Shown here: piece after piece, positions 10,688 through 21,996 of the stretch
How the letters are laid out: each line of letters starts with the position of its first letter
Position numbering within the stretch: the stretch's first letter is position 1
Source of the DNA: Coriobacteriia bacterium
GTDB taxonomy: Bacteria > Actinomycetota > Coriobacteriia > Coriobacteriales > UBA8131
Assembly (NCBI GenBank): GCA_009784945.1
Contig: WQXH01000003.1
Location: forward strand, 14,773-78,772
Reading direction: 5' to 3'
DNA length: 64,000 nucleotides
Made by a program: the position numbers and the translations under genes
Notes under the pieces: model-generated
What the model saw: only the letters and a program-made list of their open reading frames with translations
Databases searched by the model: none
What the model was told of the DNA's origin: nothing

Positions 10688-10840
10688 AGCCAAACACCCC
10701 AGTTGCCGCACAACGATCGGAACAGCCGAAACACCCTGCTGCCTTGTGTGCTGGGCATAGCTGAAACACCCTGTCGCGTACAGCGCAGCCGAAACACCCT
10801 GTCGTCCTGTCGCATTCGGCGCAGCCGAATGTTGCAGGAC
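10688..10840. repeat. Short interspaced array of AGCCGAAACACCCTG-like motifs ending in a palindromic element
   Basis: Copies start at 10688, 10724, 10759, 10787; hairpin gtcctgtcgcattcgg-cgcag-ccgaatgttgcaggac at 10804-10840. Confidence 0.75.
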
Positions 10841-10863
10841 CTACGAGAAGAATTGAGAAGAGC

Positions 10864-11775
10864 ATGATACCTAAGATTCCTGTCAATATGAAGGCTTTGG
10901 CTAAGGCCGGTCAACTGTTTGAGGATGCATCCCAGGCCGAGACGCTCATAGAGGTTTTGGTGGACACGAGCGCCAGCGCTGGGCTTATTTCGCTTTGTCG
11001 CAAGGTGCTGACCATACAGCCAGGAGCGGCTCGGCTGACAGTCGTTGGTTTTTGTAGCGAAATGCCCCCGCTCAACAGGGAGGCAGACCTCAGCATCTTG
11101 GTGGCAGGCAGCTCGCCGCTTCTCAAAAGAATAATGGAGATAGCGCTTTGGTCGAGGCATGATTGCGTGGTGCTCTCAGAGAATGCTCCCGCGCTGGTGG
11201 CCACCGTGCCCGAAGAAGATGCCTTGGAGATAGCTAGAACTATTATCGAGGTTGATCTGGCCAATCCGCAAGAGATACTTGAAGACAGGCTTGCCAAGTG
11301 GTGTATCAATCGCCTGCCTCAGCTGCGCATAGCCTTGGCAACCGCCCTTCCATTCATGCGCTATCCGGTAAGCATGGATCTTACCCGGCAGACTGCATTT
11401 GAAAATACCGCTATTGCCGCCATCTTTTTCTTACCCGGCGCAGATTTGCCAATACTCACTTTGAACCAATGTAAATTGTTCTATCAAATAGCAGTTATAC
11501 ACCAGGTACCACTCTCACGAGAGCGCCTGGTAGAATTGGCAGCCGTCATAGCCTCTGCCTTTGGGATGCGAGGACTGACTCGCCTCGCCGTACGAAAGCT
11601 CTCGCCGGTGAGCTGGCTGGTGCGAGGCACTACTGCCTTTGGTGGCACGATGGCACTTGGGCGCCTTGCCTATGAGCTTTATAGTCGCGGTGGCGGCGTT
11701 GTAGAGCTGGCCAAGGGCGGCTTTAATCTTGGGTCTGCATCAGATGCAAAGCAAGAGCAAGCAGGGCAGTCTTGA
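10864..11775 (+). CDS. Hypothetical protein with DUF697-like C-terminal helical region
   Basis: ENTAIAAIFFLPGADLPILTLNQ motif. Confidence 0.7.
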   Translation: MIPKIPVNMKALAKAGQLFEDASQAETLIEVLVDTSASAGLISLCRKVLTIQPGAARLTVVGFCSEMPPLNREADLSILVAGSSPLLKRIMEIALWSRHDCVVLSENAPALVATVPEEDALEIARTIIEVDLANPQEILEDRLAKWCINRLPQLRIALATALPFMRYPVSMDLTRQTAFENTAIAAIFFLPGADLPILTLNQCKLFYQIAVIHQVPLSRERLVELAAVIASAFGMRGLTRLAVRKLSPVSWLVRGTTAFGGTMALGRLAYELYSRGGGVVELAKGGFNLGSASDAKQEQAGQS

Positions 11776-13718
11776 TTAATTCGCAGTCTCAAAGCCTCTG
11801 GCCGCACATAGAACCGCTTCTCCCTCGGGTCGAAAAGCCTTCTCGCTATATTGGCTCCGAATACTGTACGAGCAGCGCCCGCGCTCAGGCAGCCAGCGGC
11901 AACACCGGGGGCGGGGCTGACTGTCCGAGTAACAACTGGGCCGGCCTAGACGGGGGAGGCTCCCCCGTTATTGATGCGCATCCTCGGGGTCAGCTGACTA
12001 CGCCCGTACCATCATCAGAGCACCTTGACGTGGCTCTCATCTATCCCGACATATATGACATTGGAGCTTCCAACCAGGCATTGGTAATTCTCTATGACCT
12101 GGCTTGCCGCTTGCCAGGCGTTGGTGCAGAGCGCGCCTTTTTGCCCTGGCTGGATATGGCTGCTGTTTTACGTGAGCGCGAACTGCCGCTTTGCAGCCTG
12201 GAAAGTGCAAGGCCGCTAAAGGACTTTGACCTTTTGGGCATCACCTTGCCTCATGAACTGGTTGCCACCAATCTGTGCGAACTTTTTGATCTTGCGCACA
12301 TTCCTCTCCTTGCTACAGGGCGCGGAGAGGATCTGCCCCTGGTCATTGGCGGTGGCCCCGTTGCCAACAACCCAGCGCCATTGTCAGGCTTCTTTGATGC
12401 CTTTTGCATTGGAGAGGGAGAAGAAGCCTTTGCTGACGCACTTATGGCACTCGCCCGGGCCAAGCGGCTCAATAAGAGCCGTCCAGAGCGCTTGCGCATA
12501 CTTGCCGACCTGCCAGGATTTTACGTTCCCAGCATCAAACAAGACAAGGTTCAGCGTCAGATTGTGCAGGCTTTTGCAAACTATCCGGTGGTCATTGACC
12601 CTATCTTGCCTTTTGTTGATGTGAGCCAAGATCGCTTTTCGGTTGAGATATTTCGCGGCTGCACCCGCGGTTGCAGATTTTGTGCAGCTGGCATGGTCGG
12701 TAGACCGGTTCGTGAGCGCTCTGCCGATGTCATCGTACAGGCGGTAACGCAGGGTCTGGCCACCACCGGGCTGTCCGAAGCCTCGCTTAACTCGCTTTCG
12801 AGCACCGATCACAGCCAGATAGCACAGGTGCTCAGACGTCTGGCACATCGATACCTTGGCAGCGACACTAAAATCAGTCTGCCTTCGCAGCGTATGGACT
12901 CCTTTGGGGTATCAATGGCTGCCCTGGTGTGCGGTTCACAAAAAAAAGGATCACTCACCTTTGCTCCTGAAGCGGGAACCCAGCGTCTGCGTGACGTTAT
13001 CAACAAAAATATCACCGAAGATGATATTTTGGGTGCCATTTGCGCTGCCTACGAGGCAGGATGGCGCCGAACCAAGCTCTACTTCATGTTGGGGCTTCCT
13101 ACCGAGACCGATGAAGACATCGAAGCTATAGTTGAGCTTGCCAACAAGGCTTATAACGCTGCCAAGGATGCCGTAGAAGACAACGAGCGCGCAAAAGTGC
13201 GCATGAGCATTTCCGCCGCAGTCTTTGTGCCCAAGGCGCATACTCCCTTCCAGTTTTGTGGACAGGTTCCTCAAGAAGAGCTGAATAGACGCGTGCACTT
13301 GCTCAAGTCAGCTCGCTTGCACAAGGGCATAGACTTACACTGGCACGATCCGTCTTCTTCTATGATAGAGGCGGTGTTTTCTCGCGGCGACGCTTCTCTT
13401 ACCGCTTTAGGGATACAGGCATGGAAGCTGGGTGCTCGCTTTGATGCATGGAGTGAGCAATTTGACCTTGCAATATGGGAAGAAGCTGCAAGTGCCTTGG
13501 GTATGGATCTCGCCTCGCTTGCCGAGCGTTCTTTAGGGCTGGAAGAACCGCTGCCCTGGGACTTCATAACCGGTGGTGTAAGCAAGGAGTTCCTCGTGCG
13601 CGAATACCAACACTCGCTTGCCGCTGTGCTCACTCCCGACTGTACTCGTGCAACCTGTGGCTCCTGTGGTGTATGTAACGACGACGTTTTAACAGAAGTG
13701 GTGGCTTACCGTGGCTGA
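11772..13718 (+). CDS. TIGR03960-family radical SAM protein with an N-terminal insertion of about 48 aa
   Basis: VEKPSRYIG, RGCTRGCRFC (CxxxCxxC), TFAPEAGTQRLR, C-terminal CGSCGVC. Confidence 0.92.
   Translation: MINSQSQSLWPHIEPLLPRVEKPSRYIGSEYCTSSARAQAASGNTGGGADCPSNNWAGLDGGGSPVIDAHPRGQLTTPVPSSEHLDVALIYPDIYDIGASNQALVILYDLACRLPGVGAERAFLPWLDMAAVLRERELPLCSLESARPLKDFDLLGITLPHELVATNLCELFDLAHIPLLATGRGEDLPLVIGGGPVANNPAPLSGFFDAFCIGEGEEAFADALMALARAKRLNKSRPERLRILADLPGFYVPSIKQDKVQRQIVQAFANYPVVIDPILPFVDVSQDRFSVEIFRGCTRGCRFCAAGMVGRPVRERSADVIVQAVTQGLATTGLSEASLNSLSSTDHSQIAQVLRRLAHRYLGSDTKISLPSQRMDSFGVSMAALVCGSQKKGSLTFAPEAGTQRLRDVINKNITEDDILGAICAAYEAGWRRTKLYFMLGLPTETDEDIEAIVELANKAYNAAKDAVEDNERAKVRMSISAAVFVPKAHTPFQFCGQVPQEELNRRVHLLKSARLHKGIDLHWHDPSSSMIEAVFSRGDASLTALGIQAWKLGARFDAWSEQFDLAIWEEAASALGMDLASLAERSLGLEEPLPWDFITGGVSKEFLVREYQHSLAAVLTPDCTRATCGSCGVCNDDVLTEVVAYRG
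11866..12009. repeat. 144-bp palindromic element in frame inside the radical SAM gene
   Basis: Ends gtacgagc...gcccgtac; inner gctgactgtccgag/ctcggggtcagc; perfect acgggggag-g-ctcccccgt at 11950-11968. Confidence 0.65.
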
Positions 13719-14352
13719 GTTTAGGTTGCGTATTGGTTTTGCTAAGACCGGTGCCGCGCTGTGGCTCTCGCACCTTGAGCTGGTGCGCGCCATGGAGCGC
13801 TGTGTGCGCAGATCTGGCCTGCCTTACGCTATTTCGCAAGGTTTTAATCCCCATATGAAACACTCTTTTAGCGCTGCGTTGCCGGTTGGCACTGCCTCAC
13901 TGGGTGAGTATATGGACGTTGAATTGGTCAGTCTGGTAAAACCAGCTGAGGCTCTGATGGCGCTACGAGCGGTTGAGCACTACTGCCTGCCTATACACAC
14001 AGCCGAATATGCACAAAAAGATGAAGCCTCGTTGCAAGTTGCCTTCAATAAAGCCAGCTACTGTATTGAGTTGGCTGACATGAAACATGACGAGTACGCC
14101 GACCTCCTTAAGCGGCTGCTTGCCCTTACAGAGATTACAGTCCTCAAAAAGGGAAAGCCCAAGACCTACGATCTTAATCACTATCTGGTTGACGCTTGGG
14201 CAAGTCCGGGCAACCACACAGCCCTCCACTTGAGCCTACTCAGCCGACCCGAAGGATCTCTCAGGCCAGAAGTTATTCTTCATGCAGCTGCAGACTCAGA
14301 CTACGAAATAAGCATTACGTCCATAACACGCACAGCTCTTGAGCAAGCATAG
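13711..14352 (+). CDS. TIGR03936-family radical SAM-associated protein
   Basis: WLSHLEL.RA.ER..RRSGLP...SQGFNPH, ALPVG; follows the TIGR03960 gene. Confidence 0.9.
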   Translation: MAEFRLRIGFAKTGAALWLSHLELVRAMERCVRRSGLPYAISQGFNPHMKHSFSAALPVGTASLGEYMDVELVSLVKPAEALMALRAVEHYCLPIHTAEYAQKDEASLQVAFNKASYCIELADMKHDEYADLLKRLLALTEITVLKKGKPKTYDLNHYLVDAWASPGNHTALHLSLLSRPEGSLRPEVILHAAADSDYEISITSITRTALEQA

Positions 14353-14376
14353 TGGAAACTGCGGTATACTCAAAGT

Positions 14377-16689
14377 ATGACCATCGATCTTTCTAGCTTA
14401 AATAGTCAACAGTACGAAGCTGCCACTACTACTGAGGGGCCGCTTCTTCTTTTGGCTGGAGCGGGCACAGGTAAGACCCGGGCGCTCACCTACCGTATTG
14501 CGCATATGATTGAAAACTGTGGGGTTGCTCCTTGGCAAATACTTGCCATCACCTTTACGAACAAGGCAGCCGCCGAGATGCGTGAGCGTCTTGCAGAGCT
14601 TTTGGGCACGACCCGCGGTATGTGGATTATGACCTTTCACGCGCTTTGTGTACGCATTTTGCGGAGGCATGGCGAGCTCCTTGGTTTTAGTGCTCATTTT
14701 ACTATCTACGATGATGACGACTCCAAACGGCTGGTAAAAGAAATCATGGAAGAGCTGGACATTAGCCATAAGAACTATTCACTCAACTCTATCCGCGCTC
14801 GCATCTCAACAGCAAAAAATGAACTCGTTGATGCAGAGCAGTTTTTTCAAAGCGCCAAGATTCCTCGCGACAAGCAGGCAGCGCGCGTCTACCGAGAGCT
14901 CACGCGACGTCTCAAGCAGGCAGATGCCATGGATTTTGACGATTTATTACTGTACACATGGCAGCTTTTTAAGGATCACCCCACCGTGCTTGAGCAATAC
15001 CAGGAGCAGTTCAGATATATCTCCATTGACGAGTACCAGGACACTAATCACGTCCAATACCAGATTGCAACCCTCCTTGCGGCAAAGTACCAAAACATCA
15101 TGGTTGTGGGCGATGACGACCAATCAATCTACTCGTGGCGCGGTGCCGATATCCGCAATATCTTAGGGTTTGAGAATGATTATCCCAAGGCCAAGGTATT
15201 GCGCCTTGAACAAAACTATCGCTCTACCTCCTCAATTCTTGATGCGGCCAATCAGGTCATAGCCAATAACGAAAACCGTAAGCCCAAGCGTCTCTTTACC
15301 GAGGGAGAAAAGGGCGAGCCAATTCGCCTCTATTTGGCAAGTGACGAGAGAGACGAGGGGCGCTGGGTTGCTGGAGAGATTGAGCGTCTTCACAGAGCAG
15401 GGCATGGCTACAATGACTTTGCACTTTTTTATCGCACTAACGCCCAGTCGCGCATGCTGGAAGACATGCTGCTGCGTGCCGGGGTGCCCTATCGCATCTA
15501 TGGAGGCACGCGCTTCTTTGATCGTGAGGAGATTCGAGACCTCATGGCCTACCTCAAGCTTATCGTAAATCCACTGGACGACATTGCAGCCAAGCGCATC
15601 ATCAACAAGCCGCGCCGAGGCATAGGCCAAACAACAGTTACTCGCTTGGAGCAACGTGCGGCTGATGAGCAGTGCAGCTTTATGGATGCCGCAGAGCTGG
15701 CGCTTGCCGAGGAGACGCTTGCCAAAGCCGCACAAAAAAGTGTGAGCGAGTTTGTACAGCTCATCAAGGATATGCGATTGCTCGAGGGCGATCTACGCAA
15801 TATAGTGGAAATAGTTGCCGAAAAGAGCGGGATAATGGACCATCTCGCCTCCTTGCCCTACGAAGAGGCCACTACTCGTCGCCAAAATGTACAGGAATTC
15901 TTTGGCGTTGCCTCGGAGTTTTCGTTAGGGCAAATGAACGAATCAAACAGTTTGCTGCCGGCAGACGAGTCTTTGAGTGCTGGGCAGCAAGAGCAGGCAG
16001 CAGCTCCCTTGATTGCCTTTATGGAGTGGCTTGCCCTCAGGAGCGATCTGGACACCATGGTAGAGGGAGAAGACTACATCAAGTTGATGACGGTACACTC
16101 AGCCAAGGGCCTGGAGTTCAAAGTAGTTTTCATAGCTGGTATGGAAGAGGGGGTATTTCCCCATATGATGAGCGTCAAAGAAGGGCGAGGGGTAGAAGAG
16201 GAGAGACGCTTGGCCTATGTGGCCATCACGCGAGCACGTCAATTGCTCTATCTCACCTGCGCAGTACAGCGCTCGCTCTATGGTACTTCATCGGCCAACC
16301 CAGTCTCGCGCTTTGCTACCGAAATACCCTCATCACTGCTCAAGCGCATAGGGCTGGGTTCGCAAGGCATGCGAGGCACCGGCTGGGAGAAACGCGGCAG
16401 TCGAGGTGGCATCTATGGCTCGGGCACTACCAGTCCTGTTGGCAGGGTCTTTGGTAGCGGCAGACGAGAAAGTCTCTCCGGCATCCAGGGCGTAGTTCAA
16501 GAAGTGCCAACAAAGGCTCAAAGAGAGGTCTTGGTCTTTACGGTAGGCGACCTGGTTGAGCACAAGGTATTTGGACGCGGCAGAGTCCTTTCTGTTGATA
16601 AGGACACTATTGAGGTACAATTTGATAAGAACAGTAAAACCCGTAAGCTGCTCATTGAGTTGGCACCCATCGTCAAGATCAAAGAATAA
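14377..16689 (+). CDS. pcrA: UvrD/PcrA ATP-dependent DNA helicase
   Basis: AGAGTGKT, DEYQDTN, VGDDDQSIYSWRGA, QNYRST, TVHSAKGLEF, EERRLAYVAITRA, C-terminal Tudor-like HKVFGRG. Confidence 0.95.
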   Translation: MTIDLSSLNSQQYEAATTTEGPLLLLAGAGTGKTRALTYRIAHMIENCGVAPWQILAITFTNKAAAEMRERLAELLGTTRGMWIMTFHALCVRILRRHGELLGFSAHFTIYDDDDSKRLVKEIMEELDISHKNYSLNSIRARISTAKNELVDAEQFFQSAKIPRDKQAARVYRELTRRLKQADAMDFDDLLLYTWQLFKDHPTVLEQYQEQFRYISIDEYQDTNHVQYQIATLLAAKYQNIMVVGDDDQSIYSWRGADIRNILGFENDYPKAKVLRLEQNYRSTSSILDAANQVIANNENRKPKRLFTEGEKGEPIRLYLASDERDEGRWVAGEIERLHRAGHGYNDFALFYRTNAQSRMLEDMLLRAGVPYRIYGGTRFFDREEIRDLMAYLKLIVNPLDDIAAKRIINKPRRGIGQTTVTRLEQRAADEQCSFMDAAELALAEETLAKAAQKSVSEFVQLIKDMRLLEGDLRNIVEIVAEKSGIMDHLASLPYEEATTRRQNVQEFFGVASEFSLGQMNESNSLLPADESLSAGQQEQAAAPLIAFMEWLALRSDLDTMVEGEDYIKLMTVHSAKGLEFKVVFIAGMEEGVFPHMMSVKEGRGVEEERRLAYVAITRARQLLYLTCAVQRSLYGTSSANPVSRFATEIPSSLLKRIGLGSQGMRGTGWEKRGSRGGIYGSGTTSPVGRVFGSGRRESLSGIQGVVQEVPTKAQREVLVFTVGDLVEHKVFGRGRVLSVDKDTIEVQFDKNSKTRKLLIELAPIVKIKE

Positions 16690-16743
16690 AAGGCGCCGGC
16701 AGCAATAGCCTAAAGCTCCTTGGGGAGAGAAAAAGACTATAAC

Positions 16744-17745
16744 ATGACAAACTATATAGCATATAACGATAAGGATCAGATACGTCGAGACGTAAGAAGT
16801 GTTGTATTAGGTGTGGCTGCCTTTATCCTGACCATGAGCCTTGTATCCGCGGTGGTGCTGGCCGTTGCCGTCGTCTTTGAAAACATGGGCGAATTAATGC
16901 AAGTGGTTGAAGAAATGGACGGCCCAATGAGCTTTGAAAGCTCGAGTCAATTAGCAGACTTTTCTATTGAGTCAATAGGTGATTATATTGGCCTTGCTTC
17001 CATTCTCGGCATGCTCTGCGGTCTACCCTGGCTTTTTTTGGTGCGTGGTAAAAAGTTCCTCACCTCTGATGTTACGCGAGTACACAGTAAGGTCAACATC
17101 CCTACGATTTCTTTTCTTTTTATTCTCATCTTAGGCGTTCAGTTTTTGATGGTACTTATACAAACGGGAGTTGAACCCCTCTTTGAGCAAACAGGCGGCT
17201 CGTTTACCGAGGCTCTCGAAGAGAGCACCGCGAGTCTGGTGAGCTGGCCTTGGGGCGTGCTGTATGTGGTTATCCTCGGGCCCATCTTTGAAGAGCTGGT
17301 GTTTAGGGGAGCTGTCATGCGCAGGCTCGAGCGTCACGGCGCTAACTTTGCCATCATTGTATCTTCCGTGCTTTTTGGGCTCTATCACATGATTTTGTTT
17401 CAGGCGATATTCGCATTTTTCATCGGTCTCATTCTTGCTTATGCGGCTGGCAGGTTCTCGCTTAAATGGGCGATACTTCTCCACATGCTCAATAACGGCT
17501 TGGCTGTTTTGCAGGTTCACTTTGCGTTGGATGAGACCTTTGCCCTCGTTGTGCTCATCTGTTACTTTGTTGCCTTTATTATTACCCTCGCAGTCCTCAT
17601 AGCAAAGAAACGACTTATTACGGCTCAAAGAAGGGCAGGCGCGCCCCTTAATCCTCGAGTGTACGCCTATGCCTTTTCGAGCCCCTGGATAATTGCCTAC
17701 CTTTTCATAACTACCCTCGTAGCCGTTCAGCTTCTCTTTATCTGA
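16744..17745 (+). CDS. CPBP (Abi/CAAX) family intramembrane metalloprotease
   Basis: EELVFRG, FGLYH, HMLNN; multiple TMs. Confidence 0.9.
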   Translation: MTNYIAYNDKDQIRRDVRSVVLGVAAFILTMSLVSAVVLAVAVVFENMGELMQVVEEMDGPMSFESSSQLADFSIESIGDYIGLASILGMLCGLPWLFLVRGKKFLTSDVTRVHSKVNIPTISFLFILILGVQFLMVLIQTGVEPLFEQTGGSFTEALEESTASLVSWPWGVLYVVILGPIFEELVFRGAVMRRLERHGANFAIIVSSVLFGLYHMILFQAIFAFFIGLILAYAAGRFSLKWAILLHMLNNGLAVLQVHFALDETFALVVLICYFVAFIITLAVLIAKKRLITAQRRAGAPLNPRVYAYAFSSPWIIAYLFITTLVAVQLLFI

Positions 17746-17748
17746 CTC

Positions 17749-19914
17749 ATGCTCATTTGCAGTGCCAGCTCCGTTACCAAGTCCTTTGGCCTCAGGGTGC
17801 TCTTTTCTGACGCTTCATTTACCATTCAATCCAATGAACGCATTGCCTTGGTTGGAGCCAATGGATCGGGCAAAACCACCCTACTCAATATCATATCTCA
17901 GCGCGATGCAATAGATTCGGGTACGCTGACGCTTGCCAAGGGTATGCATCTTGGTTATCTGGAGCAGGGCACCCTGGGAGCAGTGAGCGAGAAAACCGTT
18001 CTTGAGCAGGTACTCGGAGCCAAGCAGGAGCTACTGAACGTAAGGGCACGACTCACCGAGCTGGAAGAGGAATTGGCCTCTACCAGCCCCTCTGGGCCTA
18101 CTGATGACAAGGCTTCCTCTCAAGAGGCCGAGCGGCATGAACAGCTGCTCAAGGAATACGGCAGACTCTCAGATAGCTTTGACAATGCAGGCGGTTGGCA
18201 CATGGATGCTGATGCCCAAACCGTATTAGCCGGACTGGGCTTTAAGACGGCAGACGCAAGCCGCAGGGTGGATGAGTTTAGCGGTGGCTGGCAAATGCGC
18301 ATTGCCCTGGCTCGCCTGCTTTTTGCACGCCCTGATTTGCTGCTCCTTGATGAGCCTACCAACCACCTCGATCTAGAGAGCGTACGCTGGCTTGAGTCTT
18401 TCTTGCGCAGTTACGAAGGCGCAGTAGTGGTAGTTAGCCACGATCGCGCCTTTATGGACGGCATGGTTACCCGCATCTGGAATATAGAAAACGAGCAGAT
18501 CCACCTGTATCGAGGTAACTACAGTGCCTTTGAGTCAGCACGAGACAAAGAGCGCGAGCTGCGCCAGGCTGCCTACGAACGACAAAAAGAAGAGATTGCC
18601 CAGATGGAAGTGTTTATCAATCGCTTCAGGTATAAAGCTTCCAAGGCACGACAGGTGCAAGAGCGAGTCAAGAAGCTTGAGAAGCTCGAGCGCATTATTC
18701 CGCCGGAGGGCAAGCCTAAGATCAGCTTCAGGTTTAAGCAACCGCCGCGTACCGGGGATTTAGTCATTGAGCTCAAGGACATTGCCAAGGCTTACGGCAG
18801 CCTGGATGTCTACGGCGGAAAGCACCCGCTGCTCAACTTAAAGCTCTATAGAGGCGACCGTGTAGCCCTGGTTGGTCCAAACGGCGCTGGTAAGTCTACC
18901 ATGCTTAAGATTTTAGCCGACGTGCTTACCTTTGAGTCCGGGCAGCGTGTGCTTGGTACCAAGGTTGCCTCAAGCTACTTTGCGCAGCATCAGGTAGAAG
19001 AGCTGCGGGCAAGCGCCACAGTGTTTGAAGAGCTCGACGGTGTGGCGCCTGGCTGGACCATAGGGGAGGTGCGCGGTCTTTTGGGCGCCTTTCTTTTTGT
19101 AGGAGACGATGTCAATAAGAAGGTCAGCGTGCTCTCGGGTGGAGAGAAGAGTCGACTCGCCCTGGCAAAAATGCTCGTGAGCCCTACGCCTTTGCTCTGC
19201 ATGGACGAGCCCACTAATCACTTGGATATTTCTTCTGCCGATGTTCTTGAAGCGGCGCTCTTGGCATTTAGCGGCACCCTGGTTCTTATTACGCATGACC
19301 GTCACCTGATACGCAAGGTGGCAAACCGCATTATCGAGATTGACTCGGGTCGTGTGCGAGAATTCATTGGAGACTATGACTATTATCTTGGCAAGATAGA
19401 AGAAGAGGCTGTTGCCTCGCTGGGAGCTGATGAGAAGCCGAGCTACTACCAAGATGCTTCGCGCTTGGCACTTCCAGCAGACAAGCCCGTACGCAGCAAG
19501 AAGCACGCACACTCAGACAAGGTGAGCACCATGAGTGCCAGAGCAGCGCTTCCCTTGTCACCCTCAAGTGACAAGGGAAGCGCTGCTCTGTCGCACGTGC
19601 CACCACCCCTGGCATCCGCAGCTGGCCCCAAGACCAAGGAGCAAAAGCGACTCGAAGCTGAGGCTCGCACGCGCACCTATCAAAATCTCAAGGACGATCG
19701 AGCACGGCTTAAGGTGCTGGAGCCAGAGCTTGAGCAGGCACAGGAAGAATATGATCGCATCGTAGAGGCCATGGCAGATGAGGCGCTTTATAATGACAAG
19801 GAAAGCTTTACCGCGCTTATGGACAGGTATAATGAACTCAAGCGAACTATTCCCCGCTTAGAGGAGGAGTGGTACGAGATAACTGCACGTATAGAATTCG
19901 AATTGAATGGATAA
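17749..19914 (+). CDS. ABC-F family ATPase with C-terminal coiled coil
   Basis: Two NBDs ([16 protein letters not shown]), [19 protein letters not shown]; no TMs. Confidence 0.93.
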   Translation: MLICSASSVTKSFGLRVLFSDASFTIQSNERIALVGANGSGKTTLLNIISQRDAIDSGTLTLAKGMHLGYLEQGTLGAVSEKTVLEQVLGAKQELLNVRARLTELEEELASTSPSGPTDDKASSQEAERHEQLLKEYGRLSDSFDNAGGWHMDADAQTVLAGLGFKTADASRRVDEFSGGWQMRIALARLLFARPDLLLLDEPTNHLDLESVRWLESFLRSYEGAVVVVSHDRAFMDGMVTRIWNIENEQIHLYRGNYSAFESARDKERELRQAAYERQKEEIAQMEVFINRFRYKASKARQVQERVKKLEKLERIIPPEGKPKISFRFKQPPRTGDLVIELKDIAKAYGSLDVYGGKHPLLNLKLYRGDRVALVGPNGAGKSTMLKILADVLTFESGQRVLGTKVASSYFAQHQVEELRASATVFEELDGVAPGWTIGEVRGLLGAFLFVGDDVNKKVSVLSGGEKSRLALAKMLVSPTPLLCMDEPTNHLDISSADVLEAALLAFSGTLVLITHDRHLIRKVANRIIEIDSGRVREFIGDYDYYLGKIEEEAVASLGADEKPSYYQDASRLALPADKPVRSKKHAHSDKVSTMSARAALPLSPSSDKGSAALSHVPPPLASAAGPKTKEQKRLEAEARTRTYQNLKDDRARLKVLEPELEQAQEEYDRIVEAMADEALYNDKESFTALMDRYNELKRTIPRLEEEWYEITARIEFELNG
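19539..19590. repeat. Perfect 23-bp inverted repeat inside the ABC-F coding sequence
   Basis: cagagcagcgcttcccttgtcac-cctcaa-gtgacaagggaagcgctgctctg. Confidence 0.9.
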
Positions 19915-19921
19915 TTGATTT

Positions 19922-20656
19922 ATGGATCCTGTGATAGTAAACGAAATATTTCATACGAAGGTTTTTGGCCTCATACCTCTTACGGGCATTATCATGCTCC
20001 TTTGTTTTGTTCCTGCCATCGTTGTGCATGAAGTTGCTCATGGCTATATGGCATGGAAGCTGGGTGATCCCACTGCAAAGAGCAGAGGAAGGCTCTCCCT
20101 TAACCCCCTTAAGCATATTGATCCCTTTGGTACGGTAATACTACCTATCTTTCTCGCTTTAATGGGAGGGCCAGTTTTTGGCTATGCAAAGCCGGTGCCC
20201 TATAATCCCAGCTACTTCAAGGATATCAGAAAAGGCGAGCTTCTTACCGGAATGGCTGGGCCTGCATCTAACCTGCTTATGGGAGGTGTGGCCGCGTTTG
20301 CATGCATAGCACTTGTTTTGACGGGCTTTCTTTCTGGAGCAGTTTCCACCTGGGTCATTTTGATAAGCTACTACTTTATCTTTATCAATTTCGTTTTGAT
20401 GTTCTTCAATCTTCTTCCCATACCTCCGCTTGATGGATCAAGCATCATGGCTCCCTTCCTGTCTGACCGAGCACTCCAGAAGTACTACAGTGTGCAGCGC
20501 TACGCCCTGCCCTTTTTGCTCATCCTTCTTTTTGTGGTGCCCTGGCTTACGACGCAGCTTGGTTTTCCGTTTTCTCCTATTCAAGCTTACATTGGAGTTA
20601 CGGCAGGCAATCTGGCAGGTTTATTCCTTGATGCTATTACCTCCATTGTCGGCTGA
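19922..20656 (+). CDS. Site-2 protease (M50) family
   Basis: HEVAH, AGPASN, FNLLPIPPLDGS. Confidence 0.93.
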   Translation: MDPVIVNEIFHTKVFGLIPLTGIIMLLCFVPAIVVHEVAHGYMAWKLGDPTAKSRGRLSLNPLKHIDPFGTVILPIFLALMGGPVFGYAKPVPYNPSYFKDIRKGELLTGMAGPASNLLMGGVAAFACIALVLTGFLSGAVSTWVILISYYFIFINFVLMFFNLLPIPPLDGSSIMAPFLSDRALQKYYSVQRYALPFLLILLFVVPWLTTQLGFPFSPIQAYIGVTAGNLAGLFLDAITSIVG

Positions 20657-21712
<1,056 letters not shown>

Positions 21713-21732
21713 AGAATTATTATTGGAGAGTA

Positions 21733-21990
21733 AGGGTTTCTGTGAGCGAGTAGATTGCCTTCAAAAAAGAGTTCGTGCTGAAAGGAGTGTATACCTGATA
21801 CATGACTGAGGTACGGAGTCTATTTGAAAGGCAAGATGCCGCTCACAGGAAGCCGGAAGAGAGGGTTTCTGTGAGCGAGTAGATGGCCTTGAAAAAAGAG
21901 TACGTGCCGACAGGAGTGTATACCTGATACATGACTGAGGTACGGAGTCTATTTGAAAGGCAAGATGCCGCTCACAGGAAGCCGGAAGAG
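21733..21990. repeat. Two tandem 129-bp palindromic units
   Basis: Units 21733-21861 and 21862-21990, near identical; each has ends ggtttctgtgagcg...cgctcacaggaagcc and core ggagtgtatacctgatacatgac. Confidence 0.92.
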
Positions 21991-21996
21991 AAGGTA

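Noticed and set aside
10688-10840. CRISPR or TIGR array call
   Set aside because: Repeats are about 15 bp, spacers are irregular, and no cas or Nop-domain gene is in the window.
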